Of a stretch of DNA of 64,000 bases, positions 1 to 11,296 are shown in pieces (within the stretch, counting starts at the first letter, position 1; every line of letters begins with the position of its first letter). The DNA comes from Octopus sinensis. Lineage: Eukaryota. Both the position numbers and the translations under genes were made by a program. The notes beneath the pieces were generated by a model. The model ran no database searches. It was not told the DNA's origin and was given only the letters and a program-made list of their open reading frames with translations. The stretch spans positions 25,978,001-26,042,000 of the forward strand of contig NC_043008.1 of NCBI RefSeq assembly GCF_006345805.1. Direction: 5' to 3'.

Positions 1-856
1 GATGTTACAAAATTGCATGTAATAAATGAACTAAGTCAGGAATGTAAAACACAATCATAGACTGATGCAGTGGAATAGACACCAATGATTACTCACTGTA
101 CATTTATTTCAATTGAAGAGGAAAATCATAGCACAGGCTGTTCAGAGACTTTCTATATAATTATCATTATCACCATTGTTAACTTCAAATTCATTTTCAA
201 TGTTATAATGCCCATTTTTCAATTCTGTCCCAGATTTAAGTAGTCTACATTGTTGTATGTAAGTCAGATACATATTTAGTCCAGAATGTCAAGTTTATAC
301 ATGTTAACTGTAAATACTCTGGCCACTGCCTTTCCATCAGACATCAACTAACAGGGGAGACTTTTATATTGTTACTCTACTTGCTAAAATAACCTATCAA
401 ATTTCTCTCAAATCAAAGCTTACTTTATTAATCAAAGAAGAACATAATCAATAATGGAACTCCAGAGACCCATTCTAAGAAAGCAATATCCTGGATGGAA
501 TGTTTTTGATCATAGGTTTCTTTAATCAAAGTTACTCTGATCCTAAGCAGCAACAACTATAGCAAAGAACAATGTGCAAATTATTTGACACACTGCTTCA
601 AGTAGCATAAGTATCAAAAATAAATTCAAGCCTGTTTGTTTTATATAACATTTTCCTATCATAGTATATTATTTCCCTAGTATTTATTGTATCTTTAAAA
701 ACTGTCTAACTTAAAAAATAAAGGAGTTTCATTTCATAATAGATTTTTAAAGTTATATAGTTTTCATTAATTTCTTCTGGAGATGGAAAAATGTTTCTCA
801 GCAAAACATCTCTTTTCAAATTCTGTTAGATTTCAATAATTTCCAGGTCTACACTT

Positions 857-857
857 A

Positions 858-940
<83 letters not shown>
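857..940. repeat. (TA)n microsatellite, representative of dozens of TA/CA/GA tracts in the window
   Basis: Direct dinucleotide runs; they generate the [11 protein letters not shown] ORFs in the ORF track. Confidence 0.98.
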
Positions 941-949
<9 letters not shown>

Positions 950-1238
950 GAATGAAGGAGGGAGAGAGACACAGAGGGAAAGAGAGAGAAAATATACACA
1001 CAGGCACACACACTACCTCTCTCTCTCTCTCACACACACCAGTGTTGGTGCAGTAAAAAACATTTTTTGCTCCACTGAATAAATCTTTCAACAACTATGC
1101 AATATTTAACACTGTTTAAACACATATAATTTAATAATATTACAACACATACAATAAATATCTCATAACTCTCTTTTCCTTCCTCTCTCACTCTCTCTTT
1201 TAAGCCCTCTCTCTCTCTCTCACACACGCACAGACACA

Positions 1239-1272
<34 letters not shown>

Positions 1273-1919
1273 TACTGTATTTTAATACAATATCAATAAA
1301 AGAGGCTACTACGTCATGCACATCTGCACAGCAGAGTTAGTATGTATGTGTTTAAAATACTTATGTGTTGATATATATATATGTATATATATGAAGTTTG
1401 TATATATGTTTGTGTGATGAAGTTGTTTAATAAGTAGCAAACTAATACATGTATTAGAGTTAACATGAGCCAGGTCAGCAACAGAAAAAATGGTTTGTGT
1501 GTGTTACTCAAAAAAGGAATATTTTTATATCCTCAACTCTTTGAAAGCACAAAGTGTTCGTAATGTCACAATGTGATGCCTATTGTGGAACAACACAATG
1601 CCTGCTTTGTTCAAGCTATGACATGTATGAGATATCAACGTTCATGCATATTCACACACATGCACACATGCACACATACACTCACACACACATGCAAACA
1701 TGCATGCATAGATTTGTGTGTGTGTGTGTGTATGTATAAAACCATCTGCAATTTCTGTAATCCAAATTCTCTTAAAAAGAATTGGTTGGGTCAGGAATAT
1801 ATTAAAAGAAACTAATGCAAAACCAAACCCAAAACTAGCTGTTTCCAATGCATATTTCTTAACCATAAAGCTATGCAAGTGCCAACGTAGATATATATAT
1901 ATATATATATATAAGTATA

Positions 1920-2095
1920 TATAGGGAGAATTCACAAAAAAGAAAAGCAAAAGATGAAGACATGTGGTGTAGAAAACAAACAGATGTATTAGTTTAATGC
2001 TCGGGAAGTGAAAAAGTCTTTAACGTTTCGAGTCTACACTCTTCCACAGAAAGGGACACAGAAAGAGACAAGGAGAGAAAATAAAGAATGTGTAA
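1920..2095 (-). mobile_element. Solo PLE pseudo-LTR-like repeat with a minimal hammerhead-like motif (2016-2053)
   Basis: Reverse-complement homolog of 13290-13472, the 3' end of a Neptune-type PLE. Minus strand reads cttt-CTGTGGA-a-gagt/gtag/actc-GAAA-cg-TT-aaag. Confidence 0.6.
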
Positions 2096-2163
2096 TACAT
2101 GCATACATACATACATAAATACGTGTGTGTGTGTGTATGTGTGTGTATGACTGTATGCATAGA

Positions 2164-3001
2164 TGAGGTAGTATCAAAAAGTTCCTGGACTAGTTATGTT
2201 TAATAAAAAGTAACTTATTTACCAAACTTTTAACATCAATTCTTCGAAATAGGCACCTTGTGCAACGATACACTGGTTCCAGCATGCCTGTCACTTTTGG
2301 AATCCAACCTGGAAGTCGTTTTCTGTAAACGAGTCAAGGACCTGTTGTTTTTTGCTCTTGATCCCAACAATAATGTTAAAATGGTACCCTTTGAGCTACA
2401 TTTTCATCTTGGAGAAGAAACAGAAGTCTGCAGGTGCTAAGTCTAGTGAATAGAGCAGGTGCAGAAGCAATACCATGTTGTTTTGGTGAGAAACTCATGA
2501 GTGAAGACAGCCTGGTGACAAGGTGCATTTCACACTCCAGGAATCCGGTGGCTTTCACCAAATGTTCTCTCAAATGCTTCAAAATGTTGCAGTAGAACTC
2601 TCAATTGATGATCTGGCCCTGGAGGCTCTTGATTGAGCTGTGGTTCTGTCGTGCCTTTTGAAGCACCTATGCTACTTGAAACATTGCATACAACCCAATG
2701 CTTCATTGCCATAAGCTTGCTGAAGCATGCTCAATGTTTTTGCAACAGACTTCCCAAGTTTAATGCAAAATTTCGCGTTGGCTCCTTGTTCCAACTTCCT
2801 GTCCATGACAAAAATCGTAGACTACAGCATACATGTGATCACAAAAACACAAATTTCACAACTTGCGAAGTAAACACAGCAACGTCATTCCACACACTGC
2901 GTCATGAAGGTCACTGTTAGCTCTCACTGTGCATGCAACCATGTGCTGTCATCGGTTAGCATGCTACAGAACTAGTCTGGGAACTTTTTGATACCACCTT
3001 G
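2164..3001 (-). mobile_element. Internally deleted mariner transposon
   Basis: About 30 bp TIRs (gaggtagtatcaaaaagttcctggactagt / actagtctgggaactttttgataccacctt), TA at 3002-3003. Minus strand gives an HTH N-terminus MDRKLEQGANAKFCIKLGKSVAKTLSMLQQAYGNEAM (ATG at 2806) and a C-terminus LDSFTENDFQVGFQK*QACWNQCIVAQGAYFEE. Confidence 0.9.
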
Positions 3002-3008
3002 TAATCCC

Positions 3009-3046
<38 letters not shown>

Positions 3047-3049
3047 CAC

Positions 3050-3500
3050 TGGTTAACCATGTACCTCCTCTATAGCAGACACCTGTTTCTGCCTCACTGT
3101 CTCTCAGTCATAATCTAGCCTTTCATCCTCTGGCACAAGTTCCCTCCTCAAATACTTTTTCCCCTCTCAAAATTCCTTGTCTTGTGAGTTACTTGGTGAC
3201 CCTGCCAGTGCTGGGGCCATGTAAAAAGCATTCAGTCCACACTGTAAAGCAGTTGGCATTTGGAAGAGCATCCAGTTGTAAAAATCATGCCAAAACTAAC
3301 TTTGCCTATGCCAGTACCACATAAAAGGAAGTGAGTCCACTCTGCAGAGTGGTTGGTGATATGAAGGGCTTCCAGCCATAAAAACCCTGTCAAAACAGAC
3401 ACAGTAACTTGAGGTAGTCATCTACCTGGCCAGCTCCTGTCAACCGTCCCATCCATGCATGCATGTGTGGGACGGACGTTAAATGATAATGATGGTGATA
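3050..3500 (+). mobile_element. SINE / RTE-type 3' tail repeat
   Basis: ccagtgctgg..gtaaaaagca..gtccacactgtaaag..ggcatccagc..gtaaaa..ggacgttaaatgat(gat)n motif; related copies at about 21470-21715, 22630-22790(-), 25905-26130 and 51480-51660(-). Confidence 0.7.
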
Positions 3501-3692
3501 TATGTGTGTGTGTGTGTGTGTGTGTATGTGCGTGTGTATGTATATATACACACATGCACACAAACACACATATATATGCATATACATACATACATACATA
3601 TATATATATATATAGTTTTTAGAAAAACAAATCCGAAGAAGCACACTTTAGGAAGTAGTCTATATTTTTTTCAGGTGAAGGCTGGTTTTTTT

Positions 3693-3754
3693 GGGAGTTA
3701 CCCTGTGTTTCCCATTCATAAAGGATTTAACGTTATAGCATATTATCAGATCCC
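3693..3754 (-). ncRNA. Degenerate hammerhead-like motif in the inverted leader
   Basis: Minus strand gggat-CTGATAA-..-GAAA-cac a ggg-TA-actccc; homologous to the better preserved motif at 7635-7695. Confidence 0.4.
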
Positions 3755-3785
3755 AAGACCTGATGGCCTAAGACCTCTTTAAAAT

Positions 3786-4238
3786 ATGGAGGGGAAGAGT
3801 CTCAATACAATAAATGGAGCTTGCATGTCCAAGACCATCATATATGAAGCTACCGTAAACTCTATAACCACTAAAGACACCGTTTCGACGAAGAAATACG
3901 TGGGCCTGACAGAGGGTAATTTCAAGGCCAGGTTCAATAACCACACTTTGAGCTTTAGGCACTGGAACAAAAGAAAAGCGACACAATTATCCAATCATAT
4001 TTGGTCTTTAAGAGATAAAGGTGTCGATTATAACATACAATGGAAGATTTTGGCCAGATGTAAGCCCTACACTAACGGCAGCGGAAGGTGCGGTTTATGC
4101 GACATGGAGAGATGGCTTATCTGGAAGAGCAGCTTAGACCCTACCACATGTCTAAATACAAGGACAGAGCTTTTCGGATCATGCCCACATGTGACTAAAT
4201 TTCTGTTACGTTTTTGGTCCCCTAAAGAAAACGGATAG
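3786..4238 (+). CDS. Penelope-type GIY-YIG endonuclease, 150 aa, uninterrupted, no RT
   Basis: IIYEATV..KYVGLTEGNFKARFNNH..NHIW..IQWKIL..RCGLCDMER..LNTRTE..SCPH: retains the YIG-like motif, conserved Arg, Glu and Asn, and the CCHH residues typical of PLE endonucleases. Confidence 0.85.
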   Translation: MEGKSLNTINGACMSKTIIYEATVNSITTKDTVSTKKYVGLTEGNFKARFNNHTLSFRHWNKRKATQLSNHIWSLRDKGVDYNIQWKILARCKPYTNGSGRCGLCDMERWLIWKSSLDPTTCLNTRTELFGSCPHVTKFLLRFWSPKENG

Positions 4239-4432
4239 AACATGCTTTCTGTGTTATGTCCCAAGAAGATTTTATATATTTTTATATATTTTTATATATT
4301 TTTATGTATTTTTATATAATTTTTATGACGAAAAATGCGAGCGATGTATAAGTACGCAGGCAAAGCAGAGTTATAACAGAGTAATTTCCCTTCATTTTTA
4401 ACGGTATTTTTTCATAATGTTTTCAAATAGCC

Positions 4433-4495
4433 AGATAACCGAAGAGATGGTGTTGTGGATTTCCACTTCGGCATCTGAAACTCAGAGTTTTATCT
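4433..4495 (+). ncRNA. Type I hammerhead ribozyme variant (CCGAAGA core)
   Basis: Stem I agataa/ttatct (6 bp perfect), core CCGAAGA, stem II gatg/catc with inner gtgga/tccac, one extra U, GAAA, palindromic stem III ctc-a-gag, GUU triplet (predicted cut after 4489). Confidence 0.7.
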
Positions 4496-4591
4496 TGACT
4501 ACCGAGTAATGTAACATATTGTATAGATAAATTTCCTCTATTTACATAATATTGAGGTCTCTTTCTTTCTTTTGTTATCTTACCGTTTTAT

Positions 4592-4632
<41 letters not shown>

Positions 4633-6329
4633 AACTAGATACTTGCCCAATAGGTGGAAAGAGAGAAAAATACATTGACTGTGAGACAGAGTTGAAAGGG
4701 GACATAATTACTGAAAGTGAAAGTAAGACACTAGAAAAATATAGAAAGATACAAATAGAGGTAGAAAAGTTAGGTAAATGAATAAATAGATAAAAAGATA
4801 ATAAATAGATAGAGTTAGAGTAATTCATGCATAAATTACTAATCTTTTCTTCTAAGTGAAGGTATAATCTTCATATAACATATATCTAAGACTAATGACA
4901 AAGTTATTCCTTGTATCCAAGATGTAACTATTATATTAAACAAATAGAAACTAGTATAACCCCGAGCTAAATATAAAGCTGTATTCTGAAAATATGAAAT
5001 ATTATATGATGAAACTATAGATAGATATATATACATCTGCACAAAAATAAAACATTATTGACTACTAGAATTATTTTCAGTGCTTAACAATCCAGAATAC
5101 TTAACAACAAAATATGCCATTACTTGGAATATATTTAACAAACAAATCAGACCAAGCCAGGATAACTTCTTACTAGTCAGGAATGAGAAGAGCTTAACAT
5201 CCAATGACGTGCATGAGATACTTCAGTATAATTGCACATTTCTCATATAAATTACATTGAAATCCTACTCCTTACTATAATGAGTTATGTCCCCTTCCAT
5301 TACCTTGTTTTTGTTTATCTTTGGCACTTATCAGAGATGAGAATTCTTTTAATGATCTGTCATTTTCTTTCTGTCACTGTTTTATCAAATGCATCTATTT
5401 TTAAAAAATTTGGAAGGATTTGATTTAAGGGAGATATGGTTAAGATTTTTAGCTGATCAAGGGACCAATTAGAGGTTCCCTCTTTTGTTTCAAAGGCTCC
5501 CTTACTATCTTATCATAGAACTTTGTTTTATATCGAGAGTGGAAAATAGCAAGACCACATTCAATTAATTCCAATAATATAATCATTAATATGTTCAGTC
5601 TAAGAGAAATTTTCTAATAAAAGATTATCTTAAAATGTTAATGGAATTCATCAACACTGAAAGTAATATAATAATAAAAAGAAGTGATTGCTAATCGGAA
5701 GATATATATATATATATATATTTCTTTTTTTTGTTTTGTTTTTTTGATAGATGGTGATTTATGTGTGTACACATGTGTATATGTGTAGGAACATATATGT
5801 GTATATGTGTGTGCCTCAACTTACAGAGTTTAAGCAATGTATTGTGCAGATGCCCATGACAAACTTGAGAGTTAATATAATGTGAAAGCTGTTTCATATA
5901 TCATATACAGTTCTTTGTTTAAAAATAATGCCAAGATATATATATATATATTCTCCAATCCTACTCAACCTATCACTGAAAAGAGTGAATGTAAGTGTAG
6001 GTGTGTGTATACACACACACACGTGTGTGTAAATGCGTGTGCATAGCATGAAATATGTATGTGTACAGATATGATTGACTGCTTAAGATGTTCACTTTGG
6101 ATTCGTGACATTCTGAGTTCTGTCCCATTGCACAACATTTTGGGCAATGGTCATTACCATAGACGTGGATCAGTCTCTGCCTTATGAGTGAAACTAGGTC
6201 GGCAAAAAGTGTTTGGAAGCCTGATATAGGGATTGTGGCAATCATTTAAGAAGTCAGTCTTCTTACACTGAATCCTTGTACAGTGGTAGAAGAAATCCTC
6301 AGCTTCTACTCTATACTTCTTACTCTTTC

Positions 6330-6520
6330 ACACTCATGATCACCAGATTGTGGTTTTGATTCCTGGACCAAGTGATGCATTGTTTTCATTGGTATTATGC
6401 TTAATGTCACGTTGTTGCACGAGTCCACTCACCTGGCAAAAGTGAGTAATCCGTCAATAGACCAGCACCCATTCCAGTGGGGTAATATATATACTACATA
6501 ATCTGGGTGACCAGCTTTGT
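6330..6520 (+). mobile_element. Old tRNA-derived/CORE-like SINE remnant
   Basis: ttcgattcc-like B box followed by gtccactcacctggcaaaagtgagta; a related minus-strand copy lies at about 31990-32170. Confidence 0.45.
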
Positions 6521-7162
6521 TTGGCTTCGACTTAGGAAGAATTATTTTCTGATGGTTTTATTGATGCACACACACACACACACGATGGACTCTCCTGACA
6601 ATTTTGACATATGAGGCTCTGACAACGTACTCTTTCTTTGTCAGTCATAATGCTTAAGTTGTATGTGACATTTAAATCCTGCCAATGATTTGCAAAGATG
6701 GCCACAGATGCTGCAAGTATGAGGATTACAGGTCAGTGCAGGTGGTATATTTCCAGCTCTTCTCCTTTGCCTTGCACCCCAAAGCCTGTTAATGCTGGTT
6801 GCAACAAAGTTTCAATTAACATTTAGACACAACAATTTCCATTCACTTTGTGCTTACAGCACCCAGGTTTCCCACATTGTCCCTCACCTTAGTACTCACT
6901 AGGCTCGATGTTACTTAACTTCAATGATTGGATGAGAACCAGTACATTCAATTTGATATGGTCATATATATATAATTAATTGTAGAATTGATTTGAATCA
7001 AGTTATTTTAACATTCAGGACACAGGAAAGTGTCGAGTTCAGAATGTATGCATATAACACATACAAATACATCTGTATATACATTTGTATATGAAAATCT
7101 CCATACATTTACATATATATATACACACACATACATATATATATACATATATGTATATACAT

Positions 7163-7228
<66 letters not shown>

Positions 7229-7476
7229 TATAACACACACATACATAAAAATATATGAATACATGGAAATATATACCCATGCATGTAAGTTCACTATCCA
7301 CTTCAAGTTCCAGACCCAACATATGGAAGGTTACAGGTATAGTGTTTGCATACCTACCATTTCAGATGCATTTTTTATTAATGAGTCATTTGATTACACC
7401 ATAAAAAGTTTTCTTCAGGTAATTATAAATTTGATTCAGAAAAAATACCATAAGAATATATGAGTGTGTGGAGGTC

Positions 7477-7522
<46 letters not shown>

Positions 7523-7634
7523 TATACACATGCACATGTATATATATATATATTTATATATAAATATATATATACACACATACTACATATATACACATAT
7601 ATATATAGTTCTTTTCTGGTGAAGGCCAGTTTAT

Positions 7635-7695
7635 GGGGTTACCCTGGGTTTCTTGTCCATAAAGGGTTTAACTTTATGGAGTATCATCTGATCCC
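7635..7695 (-). ncRNA. Hammerhead-like motif in the inverted leader (CAGAUGA core)
   Basis: Minus strand: gggat-CAGATGA-tac-tccataaag/ctttatgga (9 bp stem II)-caa-GAAA-ccc a ggg-TA-acccc. Confidence 0.55.
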
Positions 7696-8981
7696 TAAGA
7701 CATCTTTAAAATATGGAGGGGAAAAGTCTGGATACAAAAGCAAATGTAAGCAAGGGGATTATCTCGCTTTGTAATGACTATCAACTTCCAGCAGTGCTGC
7801 CATCTTGTGTTTCTCAAAATGCCAGTGGCCCTAGCCGAAGCACCAGCATAAGCATGACTAATGACACCCCTAGGAGCAGTAGTAGCCACCCCTCCACACC
7901 ATCAGTGAAGACCGCAATAATAATAGCAACAGCTTTAGCTACAGTTTTAGCAACTATAGCACCTCCCAATGGTGATAGCATTACCAATGCCACCACCACC
8001 CCCACCTTGGCCAACACCAACAGCCCCAATTCCAGCAACATCGACACCGACAACAACATCAGCAACAACATTGACAGCATTAGGAACAACAACATCAACA
8101 AGTGCATTACCGGCAGCACATGCAGGGATAGTAACATTACTGACACAACCACCACCTCCAGCTGCACCAACACTAGCAGCTCCAGCTCCAACATCAACAG
8201 CAGCAGCAACAACATCGGTGACATCAACGTCATCAGTGGCTACAACCACAACATCAGCCGTAGCAGCATCAATAGCAAACAATAATAATGGGTACAGCAC
8301 CGACATCATGCATCCACAGTTCATTCAAGAAACGTGTTTCCAATCATCCTAGAAAGGAGGTATATAACATCGCTGCCCAGCCGTGTCTGGCAACTAAAAG
8401 ACAACAGAATTCCACACTGAATCTCGTGGAAAATCCTTGAAAACCCTGCTCCCTACATCAACAGGATGAAACACTGCAAACTATGCATAGCTGAATGCAC
8501 AAGAATCCTAAAAGACTCACTCAAACCAGGGATCATACTTAACTCCAGATTTCTGCTGGCTTTTTGGGGACCGCAAGATGGAGGCACAGCCAGAAGTTGA
8601 TAGCTAATGGAAGTTGATAGCTAATGGCAGCGGAAGGTGCGGTTTATGCGACATGGAGAGATGGCTTATCTGGAAAAGCAGCTTAGACCCTACCACATGT
8701 CTAAATACAAGGACAGAGCTTTTCGGATCATGCCCACATGTGACTAAATTTCTGTTACGTTTTTGGTCCCCTAAAGAAAACGGATAGAACATGCTTTCTG
8801 TGTTATGTCCCAAGAAGATTTTATATATTTTTATATATTTTTATATATTTTTATGTATTTTTATATAATTTTTATGACGAAAAATGCGAGCGATGTATAA
8901 GTACGCAGGCAAAGCAGAGTTATAACAGAGTAATTTTCCTTCATTTTTAACGGTATTTTTTCATAACGTTTTCAAATAGCC

Positions 8982-9044
8982 AGATAACCGAAGAGATGGT
9001 GTTGTGGATTTCCACTTCGGCATCTGAAACTCAGAGTTTTATCT
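8982..9044 (+). ncRNA. Second copy of the CCGAAGA hammerhead variant
   Basis: Identical to 4433-4495. Confidence 0.7.
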
Positions 9045-9073
9045 TGACTACCGAGTAATGTAACATATTGTAT

Positions 9074-9111
<38 letters not shown>

Positions 9112-9117
9112 GTGTGT

Positions 9118-9462
9118 GTGTGTATGAATGGACAGAGATTTACTGATGCATTATTTGAAACTTTCGATAAAAAAGCGGAAGAAGTAACATCACATAGTGT
9201 GGAGGACAACTGGTGGTTCCTATGGGACAACCTGTTGAGGGCTACTCACCAGATCTGTTGCTGGTGCAAAGTCCCCTCTCAACCTAAGATGATATGGTGG
9301 TGGAACAATGTAGTTAACAGGGCCATTAGGGAAAAGGAACAGGCATGGAAGGCTTGGAAGTGTAGTGGTAGCAGGTAACTGTATCAAATAGCCAGACAGG
9401 ATGCTAGGAAACAAGTTTTCTTAGCCAGAAGGGAAGCAGATAAGAAGAAATTTTCCAACGTA
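9118..9462 (+). pseudogene. RTE-clade LINE fragment (region between endonuclease and RT)
   Basis: ORF 9112-9378 contains KMIWWWNNVVNRAIREKEQAWKAWK and continues *LYQIARQDARKQVFLARREADKKKF, the typical RTE WWW motif region. Confidence 0.8.
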
Positions 9463-10584
9463 CTTTTATGCCCCATACATCCATATGAGAGGAACTTCCA
9501 TGGTAAATTATGCAGTATTTGGTGCTATAACAATACATCCACATTAAGTTGGATATAAAGATTGGCATTTGGTATTAATACTGCTTCTGTCAGTAAAAAT
9601 TATTTTTTAATAAGTCTGTTGGCTATTTGGGACATCAGTGACTGAATGGTCACTGAAATTCTATATAGTACAAGCAGTAAAATTTGGTTGTATGTAGCTA
9701 CTGGGCATCTGCCACTGAAGAGACAGAGCTTTTTGAACTCATATCTCAGCGTCCATAGACGGTGATTCTTCTCATCAGCTAGCTATATGAAGGTGTGTGC
9801 ATTTATGCACCATGCATCCATAGGAGAGCTTCTCTCACTGTAAATAACACAGTATTTGATGCTCAAACAATACATTCTCATTAAGTAGGAAATAAAGATC
9901 ACTTTAGGTATTAATACTGTTCTCATCACTGATTCAGTAATGATTTTATATGTGTACGTATATGTGGGTATGGATGTGTAAGTGTGTATCAGTTGAAAGA
10001 ATGGATAATAGCAGTTCAATCTATGCCACACGTTTCAGTATTAAAGCATTTGCATCGGTTATATATTTTTTACATCATAAAATATGTACCACATTTCTAG
10101 GCTTTTAAACTGCTCAGTTAACAGAAACTGATTGAATTTTTATCACATACTATATGTAACTTATGTTACTTCTAGGAATGGAGTTGTGAAGTACCTATTA
10201 TCTTTCTATAATTGTTCTAATTTTATAATGGAAGAATGAAATGTTATTACTTGATGAATTATCTAATTAATTTAGTAATATTCCCTCAAAGTATTCTACC
10301 AGCCAGTCACATGCTGGAAGCTATTGCTGAACTAAGGCCATGACTGACAGGATCACAACCAATTAATATGCAAACATGCATGTGCACACCCACACACAAA
10401 CATACCTGCCTGCTTGCCTGACTGTCAAGGTGATTGTGTGGTAAAAAGTTTGCTTTACAAACACATGGTTCTTGGTTCAGTCCCACTGCATGGTACCTTG
10501 GGCAAGTATCTTTGACTATAGCCTCAGGCCAACCAAAGCCTTGTGAGTGGACTTGGTAGACAGAAACTGAAAAAAAGCCTGTTG

Positions 10585-10643
<59 letters not shown>

Positions 10644-10676
10644 GAAAGAATGGAGTTGAACGACGAATTAACAAAA

Positions 10677-10775
10677 TTCCTTTATTTTCGACATATGTTT
10701 CGAAGGCTGCATATTCCTAATTTCGAAGGAATAAGGGGTGCATTATGCCGCCTTCTCATCAGGAAAAACAAGGAA
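10677..10775 (-). ncRNA. Canonical type I hammerhead ribozyme (left arm, minus strand)
   Basis: Exact reverse complement of 11006-11104. Confidence 0.85.
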
Positions 10776-11005
10776 ATTATGTCAGCATCAAGATGCACAA
10801 AAACTTTTAGATGACTGCCCACACGGAGCCCATAGCGATAATGAGTGTTTCTTTAAAATATTCCGTTATAAGCAGTGACGTCAAAAATGGATCCATTTTT
10901 GACGTCACTTTATAACGGAATATTTTAAAGAAACACTCATTATCGCTATGGGCTCCGTGTGGGCAGTCATCTAAAAGTTTTTGTGCATCTTGATGCTGAC
11001 ATAAG

Positions 11006-11104
11006 TTCCTTGTTTTTCCTGATGAGAAGGCGGCATAATGCACCCCTTATTCCTTCGAAATTAGGAATATGCAGCCTTCGAAACATATGTCGAAAATAAA
11101 GGAA
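11006..11104 (+). ncRNA. Canonical type I hammerhead ribozyme (right arm)
   Basis: Stem I ttttc/gaaaa plus ttcctt/aaggaa; CTGATGA 11019-11025; stem II gaaggc/gccttc with inner tattcct/aggaata; GAAA 11080-11083; palindromic ACATATGT stem III; GUC triplet (cut after C11091). Confidence 0.88.
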
Positions 11105-11296
11105 TTTTGTTACTTTGTCATTCAACTCCATTCTTTCATTTATTTGTATTTAAAAAAACACACAAATTTCCACACGATAGCACGTGATCTCTGCCCTAGA
11201 CATGTAGCTTCAACCGTGTTTTTCTGACATGAATTTGCTACTCAGGTATTGGTTAACCGAATTATCCATAATAAGATAATTCATTCAACTACTCAA

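Larger units (their letters stand above)
3614..4593 (+). mobile_element. RT-less Penelope-like element: inverted pLTR-like leader, GIY-YIG ORF, 3' pLTR with hammerhead-like motif
   Basis: Bounded by (TA)n on both sides; carries the endonuclease ORF 3786-4238 and HHR-like motifs at 3693-3754(-) and 4433-4495(+). Confidence 0.85.
7606..9078 (+). mobile_element. Chimeric PLE: related inverted leader, low-complexity ORF, decayed GIY-YIG, then the 3' end of the 3614 family
   Basis: 7620-7740 is similar to 3670-3810. About 8320-8590 translates as FKKRVSNH..TSLPSRVWQLKDNRIPH*ISWKILE..CKLCIAE..FWGP. 8621-9078 matches 4072-4529 with about 4 substitutions. Confidence 0.85.
10638..11143. mobile_element. 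506 bp spacer-less palindrome (foldback element) with a unique tail to about 11301, in (TA)n
   Basis: The arms differ by 4 substitutions and one 2-bp indel; centre is gtgacgtcaaaaatgga|tccatttttgacgtcac. Confidence 0.97.

Noticed and set aside
7814-8324. Hydrophobic or Ala/Val-rich minus-strand ORFs resembling membrane proteins
   Set aside because: They are antisense readings of the AGC/AAC/ACC low-complexity PLE linker.
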